NCBI GenBank assembly: GCA_937949615.1
Contig: CALEDQ010000018.1
Location: forward strand, 12,161 to 76,160
Reading direction: 5' to 3'
Length of the DNA stretch: 64,000 nucleotides
DNA from: an uncultured bacterium
GTDB lineage: Bacteria > Muiribacteriota > Ozemobacteria > Ozemobacterales > Ozemobacteraceae
Shown here piece after piece: positions 47,853-57,782 of this stretch. Under the pieces are notes generated by a model. That model was not told where the DNA came from. It ran no database searches and was given only the letters and a program-made list of their open reading frames with translations. Both the position numbers and the translations under genes were made by a program. The stretch's first letter is position 1. Each line of letters opens with the position of its first letter.

Positions 47853-48421
47853 TCGACAACTCCAGAATTCTGCAGACCAATTTCGAACATCGTCTGAAAT
47901 TCGGCACGTTCGGTTGCGAAACAGGCGGTAATATTGACGGTATTGGCGCTTGAAACACGAAATTTGATGTCTTTGACGTATTCGGCGACCGTCGTTGACA
48001 GTTTTGGGTCAGATGCCGGACTGCCGACGTTAAAGTCTTTTGTTTCAACTTTTTGATGAACGAGCTTGTAAAGGGTTTTGCCGGTGCGTTTCGAAAGCTC
48101 TTCGTCTTTCTGCTGATAGAGCACTCTGATGTTATTTTCGCTGTCGGCAAAGAAAAGCGCGGCTGACTCCTCGCCAAGCTCTGGCAGAATAAAATCGATG
48201 CCTTCTCTTACGGTTCTGACAATACGGTTTTGCGAGTTCAGTATCATTGCCTGCATCTGCAGATCGGTCGAAACCTTCTGCTGATTCAAACTGGTCGTAG
48301 AAAACATGCCAAAAACCATCACTGCGAGCAGAGCCATTATGCCAACGACAACCAGGAGTTCTACAACCGTAAAGCCGCCATGAGTTGCCTTTAAAAAGCT
48401 TCTGTCAAATCGATTTTTCAT
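47849..48421 (-). CDS. Prepilin-type N-terminal cleavage/methylation domain protein (pseudopilin)
   Basis: GGFTVVELLVVVGIMALLAVMVF motif. 4-bp overlap with the downstream gene. Confidence 0.7.
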   Translation of the reverse strand: MKNRFDRSFLKATHGGFTVVELLVVVGIMALLAVMVFGMFSTTSLNQQKVSTDLQMQAMILNSQNRIVRTVREGIDFILPELGEESAALFFADSENNIRVLYQQKDEELSKRTGKTLYKLVHQKVETKDFNVGSPASDPKLSTTVAEYVKDIKFRVSSANTVNITACFATERAEFQTMFEIGLQNSGVVE

Positions 48422-48453
48422 AGTCAGTAACCAGAATTCCGCTATAACTGTAA

Positions 48454-49533
48454 CTAAATTGAAGAAGATGAAAGAACGAATTCGACCCGGCGGTTTTTCG
48501 TCTGACCGGCTTCGGTATCATTGCTGGCAATCGGCTTTTCGCGACCAAAACCCTTCACGGTCAGCCGTTCAGCGGCAATCCCGACGCTGATGAGATAGTC
48601 TGCCACGTTTTGCGCGCGCTGAATCGAAAATTCACGATTGCTTTCAACGGTACCAACCAGGCCGGTCGTATGACCGCGCAGTTCAATTTTAATTTCGGGG
48701 CGGTCGGCAAGAATCTTCGCCATGGCATCAAGCAGGTCTTTCTGCTCTTCGGTAAGCACGGCGACATCGCCGCCAAAATGAAAGTCTTTGATTGCAAAAA
48801 CAACATCAGGGTCTGCCCCGCTCACCAGAGTCGCGATGTCCTTGAGCGTCAGCGGGGTTGGCGCCGTCGGCACCGTTGGCGGTGCCGGTCTTGGCTTGTC
48901 CGCATCTTTAACCTTTCCGGGATTGATGCCGACTTTTTCCAGAGCTTCTTTGAGAGTTGGCGTCGACCTGATGGTCTCAGCGATCTCTTCAGCCTTTTCC
49001 CGGTTTTCTTCACGGGTTTTGAGCATATCGTCGACAACTGCATCGATATCGCCGGGCGCAACGCCGGGTTTGTCGAGCATATCTTCATAGCAGACAGGGA
49101 TGAAAAGGTTGGTAAAATCTAGCAGATTTGGGTTGTATTTCATGCGCCAGTAGAACAGGTGATTCTTGTTTTTAAAACTCACCCTGACTTTGACGTTGAA
49201 CAGATACTGCGCCACATCATGGTCAGCCACTCTAAGGTTGTAACTGCCGCCAAAGAGGCTGGCAGACTTGTCTTTCGGCCCCGATTTGAATGAGCGATTG
49301 CTCCACTGCTTCGACTGAATGTCGGCAAGCACTTCGACAAGCGCCGACCAGGCGATGTTAAAGGCACCCTGGTAATCGTTAAGGTGCTGAAACTTCACCC
49401 GGTTCGCCGACTGATACTGGGTCAGTGTCAGAATAAAGAGACCAACCGCCAGAGACGCAAAAAGAATCAGCGGAAAAACGAAACCGCTGTTGCGCAGGCG
49501 AACGCAGACTGGCTGCTTTTTAAAGCATGACAT
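48454..49533 (-). CDS. OmpA/MotB-domain membrane protein
   Basis: C-terminal OmpA-like peptidoglycan-binding domain: KIELRGHTTGLVGTVESNREFSIQRAQNVADYL...GFGREKPIASNDTEAGQTKNRRVEF. N-terminal TM. Confidence 0.75.
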   Translation of the reverse strand: MSCFKKQPVCVRLRNSGFVFPLILFASLAVGLFILTLTQYQSANRVKFQHLNDYQGAFNIAWSALVEVLADIQSKQWSNRSFKSGPKDKSASLFGGSYNLRVADHDVAQYLFNVKVRVSFKNKNHLFYWRMKYNPNLLDFTNLFIPVCYEDMLDKPGVAPGDIDAVVDDMLKTREENREKAEEIAETIRSTPTLKEALEKVGINPGKVKDADKPRPAPPTVPTAPTPLTLKDIATLVSGADPDVVFAIKDFHFGGDVAVLTEEQKDLLDAMAKILADRPEIKIELRGHTTGLVGTVESNREFSIQRAQNVADYLISVGIAAERLTVKGFGREKPIASNDTEAGQTKNRRVEFVLSSSSI

Positions 49534-49748
49534 GACTTAGAACTTTGCAGAACTTGAATTTTCTATTTGTTGTTCTAACTATAACCTTTTTTGACTGTCA
49601 TATTCAAATAAAACCTGCAGCTAAAATCCGATTGGCTAAATATGCCGGTTAATGACATAACGGGAATTCCGGCACGCAAAAAATAGTTGCATAAACCTTT
49701 CTTTGCAGGCAAGCTTAAGGAAAGAGTACATTAACAAGGAAAGCTGCA

Positions 49749-51014
49749 ATGACAAGAAAATGGGCCATATTCTGGGTTCTGGCGATCGCTTATTTCTTTG
49801 TCATGTTTCATCGTTTCTGCACCGCGGTAATGGCCGGCGATCTCACCGCCGATCTTGGACTCGAGCCGGCGGCGCTCGGCTTTCTCTCATCGATGTATCT
49901 GCTTGGCTATGCGACAGTGCAGATACCGGTCGGCATACTTTCAGACCGCTGGGGCGCCCGAAAAACCATAGCACTGTTTCTGTTGCTGGCAAGCCTTGGC
50001 GCCTTTGCCTTCGGCAAGGCGACTTCATTCGAAACAGCGGTTCTATCGCGCTGGCTGGTTGGCGCCGGCGTCGGTTGCGTTTATGTGCCGGCACTCAGGC
50101 TTATGGGCTGCTGGTTTGGCGGCGAAGCATTTGTATTCATGACCGGCATGATGCTGGCAGTCGGCAACCTCGGCGCTCTGAGCTCAACCTGGCCGCTGGC
50201 TGTCATAAAAAGTGTCTGGGGATGGCGTGCCACCATGGAAATCGTCAGTGTCATCACACTGCTTCTGGTGCTATTCATCTGGATTGTGGTCAAAGACCAG
50301 CCCTCTGAATCTGAAAGCCCGAAAGAAAGCACGGTCGAAACCGTTACTGAAAAACAGCCGGCACCTGACGAAGCGGTGCCGCCGGCTGAGCGCACCGGTC
50401 TGCGCAGCATGCTTAAATCAAAGAGATTCTGGGCTGTCACTCTGTATTTCTTCGCTTTTGAAACCACAATAATCAGCTTTCAGGGTCTGTGGGCCGGCCC
50501 TTTTCTCAAGCGGATCTACCAGATGCCCGACACATCGGTCGGTTACGCCCTGACCTGGCTGGCTCTCGGCCTGATGGTCGGCGCCATCGTCTCTGGCGTC
50601 CTCGCTGGCAAATCAGTCAGACGGCGGCACACGGTTCTGACGGCCGGTATGTTTGGTTATCTTCTCTGCTGGGTCCCTCTGGTTTTCGCCACCGCGACGA
50701 TGCAGAATTACCTGCTCCCGCTGCTTGCCTTCATGGGCTTCTGCGCCGGCTTTTTCTCGATCAGCTTCGGCATTGCCAGAGAATGTTTTTCGGCCTCGAT
50801 GGCAGGAACGGCCCTTGGTGTCTACAATTTCACCGGCTTTGTCGGCGGCGGACTCGGCATGTGGATCATGGGTCTGATCATCGGCCTGGTCTCGCCTGAC
50901 GGCACCAGAGATATCGCCGCTTTTCAGGCCGCGTTCGGTCTTGCTCTTGCACTGATGTTGATCGGCTGGCTGATGCTCGTGCTTCTGCCACGTGCCTGGT
51001 CGCACCAGAAATAA
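49749..51014 (+). CDS. MFS transporter
   Basis: 12-TM profile. MFS-like loop motif GILSDRWGARK. Confidence 0.8.
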   Translation: MTRKWAIFWVLAIAYFFVMFHRFCTAVMAGDLTADLGLEPAALGFLSSMYLLGYATVQIPVGILSDRWGARKTIALFLLLASLGAFAFGKATSFETAVLSRWLVGAGVGCVYVPALRLMGCWFGGEAFVFMTGMMLAVGNLGALSSTWPLAVIKSVWGWRATMEIVSVITLLLVLFIWIVVKDQPSESESPKESTVETVTEKQPAPDEAVPPAERTGLRSMLKSKRFWAVTLYFFAFETTIISFQGLWAGPFLKRIYQMPDTSVGYALTWLALGLMVGAIVSGVLAGKSVRRRHTVLTAGMFGYLLCWVPLVFATATMQNYLLPLLAFMGFCAGFFSISFGIARECFSASMAGTALGVYNFTGFVGGGLGMWIMGLIIGLVSPDGTRDIAAFQAAFGLALALMLIGWLMLVLLPRAWSHQK

Positions 51015-51091
51015 TCAAACTGCTTGTGGCATCAGAATTTAAATGATATTTTCTCTGACCGGTTCTAAATAAAAGCGTTGGCAGGAGTTTT

Positions 51092-52111
51092 ATGTTTGGG
51101 TTTCAGTGGCATCTGACCGATTTATGCAATCGTCGGTGCCGACATTGTTATCAGAGCGCACATGAAGAAGCAGACCCGATGGCTGGTGCCGCCAACCGAC
51201 GTCTGGCGGCCGATGCGATTCTGGCGGCAATTCCGAATGAACCGGTAACTATCAATCTCACCGGTGGCGAACCGCTGATGCTGCCAGACCTTACCGACCT
51301 GATCGGCTATCTCGAGAATTACGAGAATCTGGCCGAAATAAACATCATTACCAATGGCACCATCGAAGACCATAATCTGCTGACGAAGCTTGGCAGCTTT
51401 GCCCGGCTGCGCTCGTTCAGAATTTCTCTCGAATCCGGCGACGAAAAAATCAACGACTTCATTCGCGGCAAAGGCTCTCTTGCAGGCCTGCGCCGCACAA
51501 TTCCACTCTATCGCGAAATAACCGGCAAATCAGTGACGCTGATGATGACACTCTCGCGCCTCAACTGTGAAACAATACAAAAAAGCGTCGACTTCGCCAG
51601 AGAAACCGGCGCCGACGACATTCTCTTCGAACGTTTCATACCGCTGGGCACAGGTCTGGGCATCTCAGAATCATTGTTGTCGGCAGATGACTGGTATAAA
51701 GCCATAAAAAGCATCGGCGACGCCGCCGGCCTCGAAATCGACCCCGATGAACTGGCCTCATGCCGGGCTTTTGGTCTGATAACCAATGGCAAAGCAGAAC
51801 CAGAAGACATGCTTGAGGCTGCCCTGTGCAATCTCGGCCCAGAATCTATGGCTCTGATGCCAGACGGCACCGTTTTTCCGTGTCGCAGACTGCAGATTCC
51901 GGTCGGCAATATTCTCCATGAACCATTTGCTTCAATCAGACTGCGACTGGCAGAATGGGAATGCAGCCGCATCAGACCGAAGCTGCACGGCATTGCCTGC
52001 GGCTCATGTCCATACGACGACTGCCCCGGGTGCCGGGCTCTGGCGCGGGCCATTTCTGGCGACCCGCTCGGCGACGACCCGCAATGTGTTCTCAACCGCA
52101 AAGACAGCTGA
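51092..52111 (+). CDS. Radical SAM / SPASM-domain protein
   Basis: N-terminal CNRRCRHCY (CxxxCxxC). C-terminal Cys cluster CRR...CGSCPYDDCPGC typical of SPASM/twitch auxiliary clusters. Confidence 0.75.
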   Translation: MFGFQWHLTDLCNRRCRHCYQSAHEEADPMAGAANRRLAADAILAAIPNEPVTINLTGGEPLMLPDLTDLIGYLENYENLAEINIITNGTIEDHNLLTKLGSFARLRSFRISLESGDEKINDFIRGKGSLAGLRRTIPLYREITGKSVTLMMTLSRLNCETIQKSVDFARETGADDILFERFIPLGTGLGISESLLSADDWYKAIKSIGDAAGLEIDPDELASCRAFGLITNGKAEPEDMLEAALCNLGPESMALMPDGTVFPCRRLQIPVGNILHEPFASIRLRLAEWECSRIRPKLHGIACGSCPYDDCPGCRALARAISGDPLGDDPQCVLNRKDS

Positions 52112-52125
52112 CAGACAAAGGAGAC

Positions 52126-54051
52126 ATGCAAATGCACAGCGCAACGGTTACAGCTTCATATCTTACCTGGAAACCAGTTATCAGCGCCGAAGAAGTCTTT
52201 CAGGCAACCGTAAATTTTTCATTTCTTGCCGGCGATGAAACCGGTCGACTGTTCTGGGTCGAGCTGCGCCCTGAAGAAAAGGGTCGGTGCGTTATCATGC
52301 TGCGCACCCCTGAAGGCGAAATCAAAGAACTGCTGCCCACGCCTTTTTCAGCGAGAACCAGAGTCATGGAATACGGTGGCATGCCCTACGTCACGACCGG
52401 AACCCGGGTCATCTTCGCCAACTTTTCTGATCAGCGTCTTTATACCTTCGATTTTGGCAGAAACGAAGCCCCGGTGCCCATCACACCCGAGAAAGCTGCA
52501 GATGGCCGCGTGATGAAGTTCATGCAGCCAGCCGTGTCGCCTGATGGCCGCTGGCTGGTCGCCGCCTTCGAGCTTGAGGGCGGGCACAATGAGCCGGAAA
52601 ACGCTCTCTGTCTTCTGGATCTTCAGCAGACTGGCGTTCAGGAGCCGAAAATTCTGGCGCGTGGTGCTGATTTTTACAAACAGCCGACTTTTTCGCCAGA
52701 TGGCAAAAATATCGCCTGGCTGCAATGGAATCACCCCTACATGCCATGGGATTCAACAGTTCTATACTGCGCCCCCTTTGCCTGCGGCGAATTGAACCAG
52801 AACGTCGCCTGCAGAATTGCCGGCTCAGATAACGAAGCGATAAGTGATTTTTCCTTCGGCAGAAAGGGCGAAATATGCTTCAGCATTGACCGCAAAGGGG
52901 TCGATAAAGATTCACCCGATAATTTTTTCAACATTTATACCTGGCATAATGGCTCTATCAGGCGCATAACCTCCGCCAGACACGAAATTGCCTATATTCT
53001 GCATGTCGAAGATCGAATTCTCGCCCTGAAATTCAACGATGGAATGCCCGGTCTAGCCTGGGTTAACAATGAAGATGGCAGATTAACCGAACTGCCGACG
53101 CCATTTCTATCGATATCGAAGCCGGTTGTGTACGGCGACAATCTTGCCCTGACCGGAACCCCTGCCGACAAACCAACCCAGCTGGCTCTGTTAAAGAAAA
53201 ATGGCAGTCTCGAAATCCTGCGGCACACATCAGAATGCCATATTTCGGCCGCCGACATCAGCAGGCCCGAAAAAATCAGCTTTCCAACCAGTGATGGGCA
53301 AATATGCCACGGCTATTTCTATCCCCCCAAAAACAGCAGTTACAAGGCTCCCGAAGGCGAACTCCCACCGGTAAGGGTTCTCGTGCATGGTGGCCCGACC
53401 AGCCTGGCACGGGCAGGTTTCAGTCGTGAGCACGTTTTCTGGACCAGCCAGGGTTATGCAATTTTTGACGTGAATTACCGAGGTTCAACAGGTTTTGGCA
53501 GAGCCTACCGAGACGCACTGCTTGGTGAATGGGGAGTTCTTGAGATCAGTGATGTCAGAGACGGTCTTAAATACCTGCGCGAAAAGCACATGATCGGTGA
53601 TAAAGCAGTGGTTTCAGGCGGCAGTGCCGGTGGTTATACGGTACAGCGGCTGCTGACCATGTTTCCTGAGATGTTTGCCGCCGGGGCCAGCTATTTCGGC
53701 ATTGGCAACCTCGTAACTTTGCAGAATCTGACCCACAAATTCGAGTCACGCTACCTTGAAGGGCTCCTCGGCGGGCCAATGAGTACGCATCAGCACATTT
53801 TCGAAGACCGGTCGCCAATCAACCATCTCGTTAGCCTGAAAAGTCCGATGATCATTTTCCAGGGCTCAGAAGACAAAGTCGTACCGCCGGAAAATTCACG
53901 TGAAATGGCTGAGATTCTTGCAAGCAAGCATATCAGGCACGAATATTACGAATATCCAACCGAAGCGCATGGCTTCAGACAGAAAGCCAACCTCGTCGAT
54001 TCGCTCGAAAAAGAGGCGTTCTTCTTCAGAAAAATTCTGACAGGCGCCTGA
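52126..54051 (+). CDS. S9 family serine peptidase (prolyl oligopeptidase / acylaminoacyl-peptidase type, beta-propeller + alpha/beta hydrolase)
   Basis: Nucleophile GGSAGG, catalytic Asp/His near the C-terminus (GSEDKVVP, PTEAHGF). Start at MQMHSATV with AAGGAGA RBS. The upstream part of ORF 51955 overlaps the radical SAM gene. Confidence 0.8.
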   Translation: MQMHSATVTASYLTWKPVISAEEVFQATVNFSFLAGDETGRLFWVELRPEEKGRCVIMLRTPEGEIKELLPTPFSARTRVMEYGGMPYVTTGTRVIFANFSDQRLYTFDFGRNEAPVPITPEKAADGRVMKFMQPAVSPDGRWLVAAFELEGGHNEPENALCLLDLQQTGVQEPKILARGADFYKQPTFSPDGKNIAWLQWNHPYMPWDSTVLYCAPFACGELNQNVACRIAGSDNEAISDFSFGRKGEICFSIDRKGVDKDSPDNFFNIYTWHNGSIRRITSARHEIAYILHVEDRILALKFNDGMPGLAWVNNEDGRLTELPTPFLSISKPVVYGDNLALTGTPADKPTQLALLKKNGSLEILRHTSECHISAADISRPEKISFPTSDGQICHGYFYPPKNSSYKAPEGELPPVRVLVHGGPTSLARAGFSREHVFWTSQGYAIFDVNYRGSTGFGRAYRDALLGEWGVLEISDVRDGLKYLREKHMIGDKAVVSGGSAGGYTVQRLLTMFPEMFAAGASYFGIGNLVTLQNLTHKFESRYLEGLLGGPMSTHQHIFEDRSPINHLVSLKSPMIIFQGSEDKVVPPENSREMAEILASKHIRHEYYEYPTEAHGFRQKANLVDSLEKEAFFFRKILTGA

Positions 54052-54288
54052 GCACTCAGGCTAGAAGACCAACTCTTATTATATCCGCCAGACAAATTGC
54101 CGGTTTATCGACCCAAACACAACACTGGGCCCGCCGCCGGCAATTTTATTATTATGTACAGAACCCGAATTTTTATTTAATTAATTTTCGGGCAACCAGC
54201 TTGAATTAATGGGCATTTTGTGGTTATGCTGCTCTCACAGGAGTCTGTTTTTCGGGTAAAAACTGAACCCGAAAGAAAGGGGAAAATA

Positions 54289-55128
54289 ATGACTTCAAAA
54301 TCTCTCTTCAGAAGTATCTTGCTGTTAACTGCCTTTGTACTGGTTTTATCATCGGCTTATGCCATGATCGGCCGCAATATCTGCGGCAAGTGCAACTGGA
54401 TAAACAAACCGGAAACCGTGCTCTGCGAAAATTGTCAGAACCCGCTCAACCACTGTCTCAAGTGCGGTCACGACAATATGGCCAAGGCTGACTACTGCGC
54501 CAACTGCTCGATGCCGCTTGCCGAAATGCGTGTGCTTGCCACCATCGCCCCAGAAGTAAGAACCCAGCTCAAACTTGGGGAATCTCCGCGGGCCGTTGCC
54601 GACCTCGAAATCAAGCGCCTTGAATATCTGCTGCAGGCTGATGCCGAAAACGCCGAAAAGCACCTGTTCAATCTCGCCATGGTCAATAGACGCATCGACT
54701 TCTATTCACGCGAATCAGCTCTCTGGCTCGACTTCCTGCAGAAATATCCGAATTCGGAAAAAGCCGGCGAAGCCAAAGTTAACGGTTCAGATTCTCTGCG
54801 CAAATGGAGCTATCTGCTTTACTCACAGGGCTCATATGCCCGTGCCGTCGAACTTCTCAACGAATCACTGCGCCTCAACCCCGCCAACAAAGAAGCCCAG
54901 AAATGGCTTAAAATTGCCCGTGGCGGTATGAAGAGAAGCGGCCAGACTGCCGTTGCCAAACCCCAGGCTGTCGAAGCCACCGAAGCTGCACCGAAGATGG
55001 AAGAAGCCCAGCCGGCCCCCAAAACCGAAGCAGCTCCGGCAGTAGAAGCTTCGCCAAAAACTGAAGCAGCTCCAGCTGCTGAACCCGCTCCAGCAACCGA
55101 AGCCGCACCGCAGACCGACAAACCGTAA
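54289..55128 (+). CDS. Zinc-ribbon / TPR-like protein with C-terminal Pro/Ala/Glu-rich low-complexity tail
   Basis: CxxC...CxxC pairs (CGKCNW..CENCQN, CLKCGH..CANCS). Tail (A/E)APKTEAAPA repeated. Start MTSKSL with AAGGGGAA RBS. Confidence 0.6.
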   Translation: MTSKSLFRSILLLTAFVLVLSSAYAMIGRNICGKCNWINKPETVLCENCQNPLNHCLKCGHDNMAKADYCANCSMPLAEMRVLATIAPEVRTQLKLGESPRAVADLEIKRLEYLLQADAENAEKHLFNLAMVNRRIDFYSRESALWLDFLQKYPNSEKAGEAKVNGSDSLRKWSYLLYSQGSYARAVELLNESLRLNPANKEAQKWLKIARGGMKRSGQTAVAKPQAVEATEAAPKMEEAQPAPKTEAAPAVEASPKTEAAPAAEPAPATEAAPQTDKP

Positions 55129-55155
55129 AATAAACGGCAAAGTCTGATAAAACAG

Positions 55156-55199
55156 ATCAGCTCCGCTCGCCCACAAAGGCAAACGGAGCTGATTTTTTT
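55156..55199. terminator. Bidirectional Rho-independent terminator
   Basis: ATCAGCTCCG...CGGAGCTGAT followed by TTTTTTT. Confidence 0.6.
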
Positions 55200-55248
55200 G
55201 TCCCCGGTTTTTTTCTCATCAGCCGGGGGCCTGAAATATCAACTTACC

Positions 55249-56160
55249 TCAAAGGTGCAGCTTTTTAACCAGAACTCCCGGCTCGCTTCCCGGAGCTTTT
55301 TCGACGAGCAGAATGCTGCCATCAGGCGAAAGCCGGCAGAAACGCTGCATTTCGAGACCGGCCGGGCCGGTAATCTTCTTTTCAGCAAGGGTTTTGCCTT
55401 CAGCACTTACTGCATAAATTGTAAATTCACTGTCGAGCTCACCGCTGCCGGTAATAACAAGAAAAATACTACGCTGCCGCTCATCACAGCCCAGAAACTC
55501 AACCGACTTGAGCAGCCGCGGCGACACGGGCAGTGGCGCTTTCCAGAAAATGCCGCCGGCCTGCTGCATGACCACGCTGCCGGCCGTCAAGCTGGCGGCC
55601 TCAGGTGCTGGCGGCGGTATGACCAACGATTCTCCGTTCATGCCGCAAAGCAGTGAAGCATGATTTGCCAGTTTGGTAACCGGTTTTTCGTTTTCGAGAA
55701 CCAGAGTGTTGCCATCGGCATCACGAACGGCAAAGCTGTTGGCGCGGCGCTCGATATTGAGAAGATTCAGGGCCGCCGCTTCAGGGTCAGAGGCTCTGAC
55801 AATCTGGTAATCAGCCGGCTTTTCGAGATCCAGCGCAAAAATCACCGGAAAAGCAAAACCGCAGAACCAGGCGCTGTTGCCGTCAACAACGAGGTCACAG
55901 AATCGATCGCCGGGCTTTGCTTCAATAACCGGCGGCAGACTGAGTGAACTGCTGGCACCGTCAGGTGCGAGGCGCACCAGCTGGCGGTCAGCGCCAAGAA
56001 GAAACACCGAGCCGTCTTGCCGGCCAGCCAGTGAGAAAAAGCTTCCCGGCACATAAATACCGGCATCAAAAGCGGTCGTTGCGGCAACGGCAGGTTCGGC
56101 TGCCATTGCTGGTGAAAAGGGCAGAAACATGGCGAGCGCCATAATCATAAGCTTGATCAT
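55249..56160 (-). CDS. Hypothetical secreted protein
   Basis: Start MIKLMIMALAMFLPFSPAMA with GGAG RBS. Confidence 0.55.
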   Translation of the reverse strand: MIKLMIMALAMFLPFSPAMAAEPAVAATTAFDAGIYVPGSFFSLAGRQDGSVFLLGADRQLVRLAPDGASSSLSLPPVIEAKPGDRFCDLVVDGNSAWFCGFAFPVIFALDLEKPADYQIVRASDPEAAALNLLNIERRANSFAVRDADGNTLVLENEKPVTKLANHASLLCGMNGESLVIPPPAPEAASLTAGSVVMQQAGGIFWKAPLPVSPRLLKSVEFLGCDERQRSIFLVITGSGELDSEFTIYAVSAEGKTLAEKKITGPAGLEMQRFCRLSPDGSILLVEKAPGSEPGVLVKKLHL

Positions 56161-56178
56161 ATTTTTACTCCATGCCAC

Positions 56179-57486
56179 TCAATTCAGAGTCATGGCCGCG
56201 TGATAACAGCCACCGCCGTTCCACCAGGCCGAGAAACTGTCAAACGATCTGACCTGCGGCACCGGGTCTTTGGCGGGGTCATTATAATAAATATTTCCAC
56301 TGTCATCTACCCCGGTAATGACGACATAATGATTGTAGACATTGGCGATGACCGGCTTGCCGGCTTTTATTTGTTCACGCACCCACGACAGGCCAACACT
56401 GTAATACCATTTCGCATTCGGGAAACCATTGGCCCTGGCTCCGGTGAGCATACCGGCATGCGAGGTGCCCGCCGCACCGGTCGAGCCACAGGTATACCAG
56501 AGCGAAGAGGCCAGAGCGCCGGCGTTCTGCTTGTTATGATAGGCAAGCGCCATGCCGAGAGAGGTCGGACCACAGGCAGACCATGGGTATGGGCATTTAA
56601 CATAACCCTGACACTGCTGCGGCACCGGCAGAACGACTTTGCCATTTGCCCCGCTAGTCGGAGTTGCCGGGGCACTGTTACCCGATGAAGGCTTAGAAGA
56701 CGAAACATAGCTGGCATGACAATAAACGATGCGCCCGTTCCAGCTGACTCTGTACCAGTCGCCTTCTTTACCGACGATATCGATCTTCGTGCCATAGTTG
56801 AAGGTGGTGAGAATCGAGCCCCAGGGGGCACTTCTGACATTGAGAACATCAGCAGTGACATAACCGGCGCTCGATGACGGGGCCGGCGTGCTGGCCGGCT
56901 GGGCCGGTGCCGGCGATGGAGCACTGTCGGCATTGATATAGGCAGAATGACAATAGCCAACCGTGCCATTGTAGCTGACCCGGTACCATTCGCCTTCCTG
57001 GCCAAGAATCGACACTCTGGCACCGTTGGCGAATGAACCGACTATGGTTCCCCAGGGTCCGGTGCGGACATTCAGACCCGGCACGGCATTGACAGTGCCA
57101 CCACGGGCAGCTGATGCAGCAGGCGCGGCGTTCTGAACTATATATGCCGAATGGCAGTAACCGACCATGCCATTGTAGCTGACCTTGTACCACTCGCCCT
57201 CCTGACCAATCACACTGACGCTGGCGCCGTTTCCGAATGAGCCGATGATCGCCCCCCACGGACCGTTACGGATATTGAGGCCAGGGATAGCCTGGACTGT
57301 GCCGCTAAAAGCTCCACCCAGACCGGATGGAACAGTAGAAGCTTCGGTCTGGCTCTTTCCCTGGTCAGAGATAACTACAGAGCTCTGTCCGAAGACGTCT
57401 GCAGCTGTCTGGGCTTTCAGCAGACCTGATCCGGCAAAAATCAACAGGGGCAGCAACAGTAAAATAAAGAAATTTCTGGGTTTCAT
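56179..57486 (-). CDS. Secreted protein with three SH3b repeats and C-terminal C39-like (papain-fold) peptidase domain
   Basis: Three roughly 70-aa repeats (GLNIRNGPWGAIIGSFGNGASVSVIGQEGEWYKVSYNGMVGYCHSAYI and two variants). C-terminus CGPTSLGMALAYHNK...HYVVITGVDDSGNIYYNDP (Cys/His of the C39_2-type fold). Confidence 0.7.
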   Translation of the reverse strand: MKPRNFFILLLLPLLIFAGSGLLKAQTAADVFGQSSVVISDQGKSQTEASTVPSGLGGAFSGTVQAIPGLNIRNGPWGAIIGSFGNGASVSVIGQEGEWYKVSYNGMVGYCHSAYIVQNAAPAASAARGGTVNAVPGLNVRTGPWGTIVGSFANGARVSILGQEGEWYRVSYNGTVGYCHSAYINADSAPSPAPAQPASTPAPSSSAGYVTADVLNVRSAPWGSILTTFNYGTKIDIVGKEGDWYRVSWNGRIVYCHASYVSSSKPSSGNSAPATPTSGANGKVVLPVPQQCQGYVKCPYPWSACGPTSLGMALAYHNKQNAGALASSLWYTCGSTGAAGTSHAGMLTGARANGFPNAKWYYSVGLSWVREQIKAGKPVIANVYNHYVVITGVDDSGNIYYNDPAKDPVPQVRSFDSFSAWWNGGGCYHAAMTLN

Positions 57487-57685
57487 TCCGGTTTCCTCCA
57501 GAGAAACGATTGATGACACAATCGGCTATATATCTTAATACCTCAAAAAATCCGAAAAGTTCTCGACCATATATATTTTTTAAGGAACATGACGCCGCGC
57601 ACTCATATGTTTTTGCAGTCCAGCATTTTACAACCAGCATTAAAAGAGGATTTTACGACTAGAAAAAATAATTTTTAAAATTTTA

Positions 57686-57714
57686 TTGACACATTGCAGC
57701 AAAACTGTTAATAT
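57686..57714 (+). promoter_or_regulatory. Strong sigma70-like promoter (-35 TTGACA, 17-nt spacer, -10 TAATAT) for the 57783 gene
   Basis: Seen in sequence. The whole promoter/5'UTR is conserved with 60736-60823. Confidence 0.65.
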
Positions 57715-57782
57715 AAATTCATAACGCAGCGATCAATCAAACCAAAAGTTCGAAATCAATACTTCAAACAGGAGTTTCTAAA

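Noticed and set aside
51955-52125. Upstream part of the S9 peptidase ORF overlapping the radical SAM gene
   Set aside because: The real start is ATG 52126, preceded by AAGGAGA. The overlap frame has biased Arg/Pro composition typical of an alternate frame.
54819-55182. Minus-strand ORFs (100-105 aa) rich in Ala/Gly/Ser
   Set aside because: They are the reverse complement of the PA-rich repeat tail of the 54289 gene.
56367-57259. Arg/Pro-rich antisense ORFs inside the SH3b-C39 gene
   Set aside because: They are generated by the three DNA-level SH3b repeats read in another frame.
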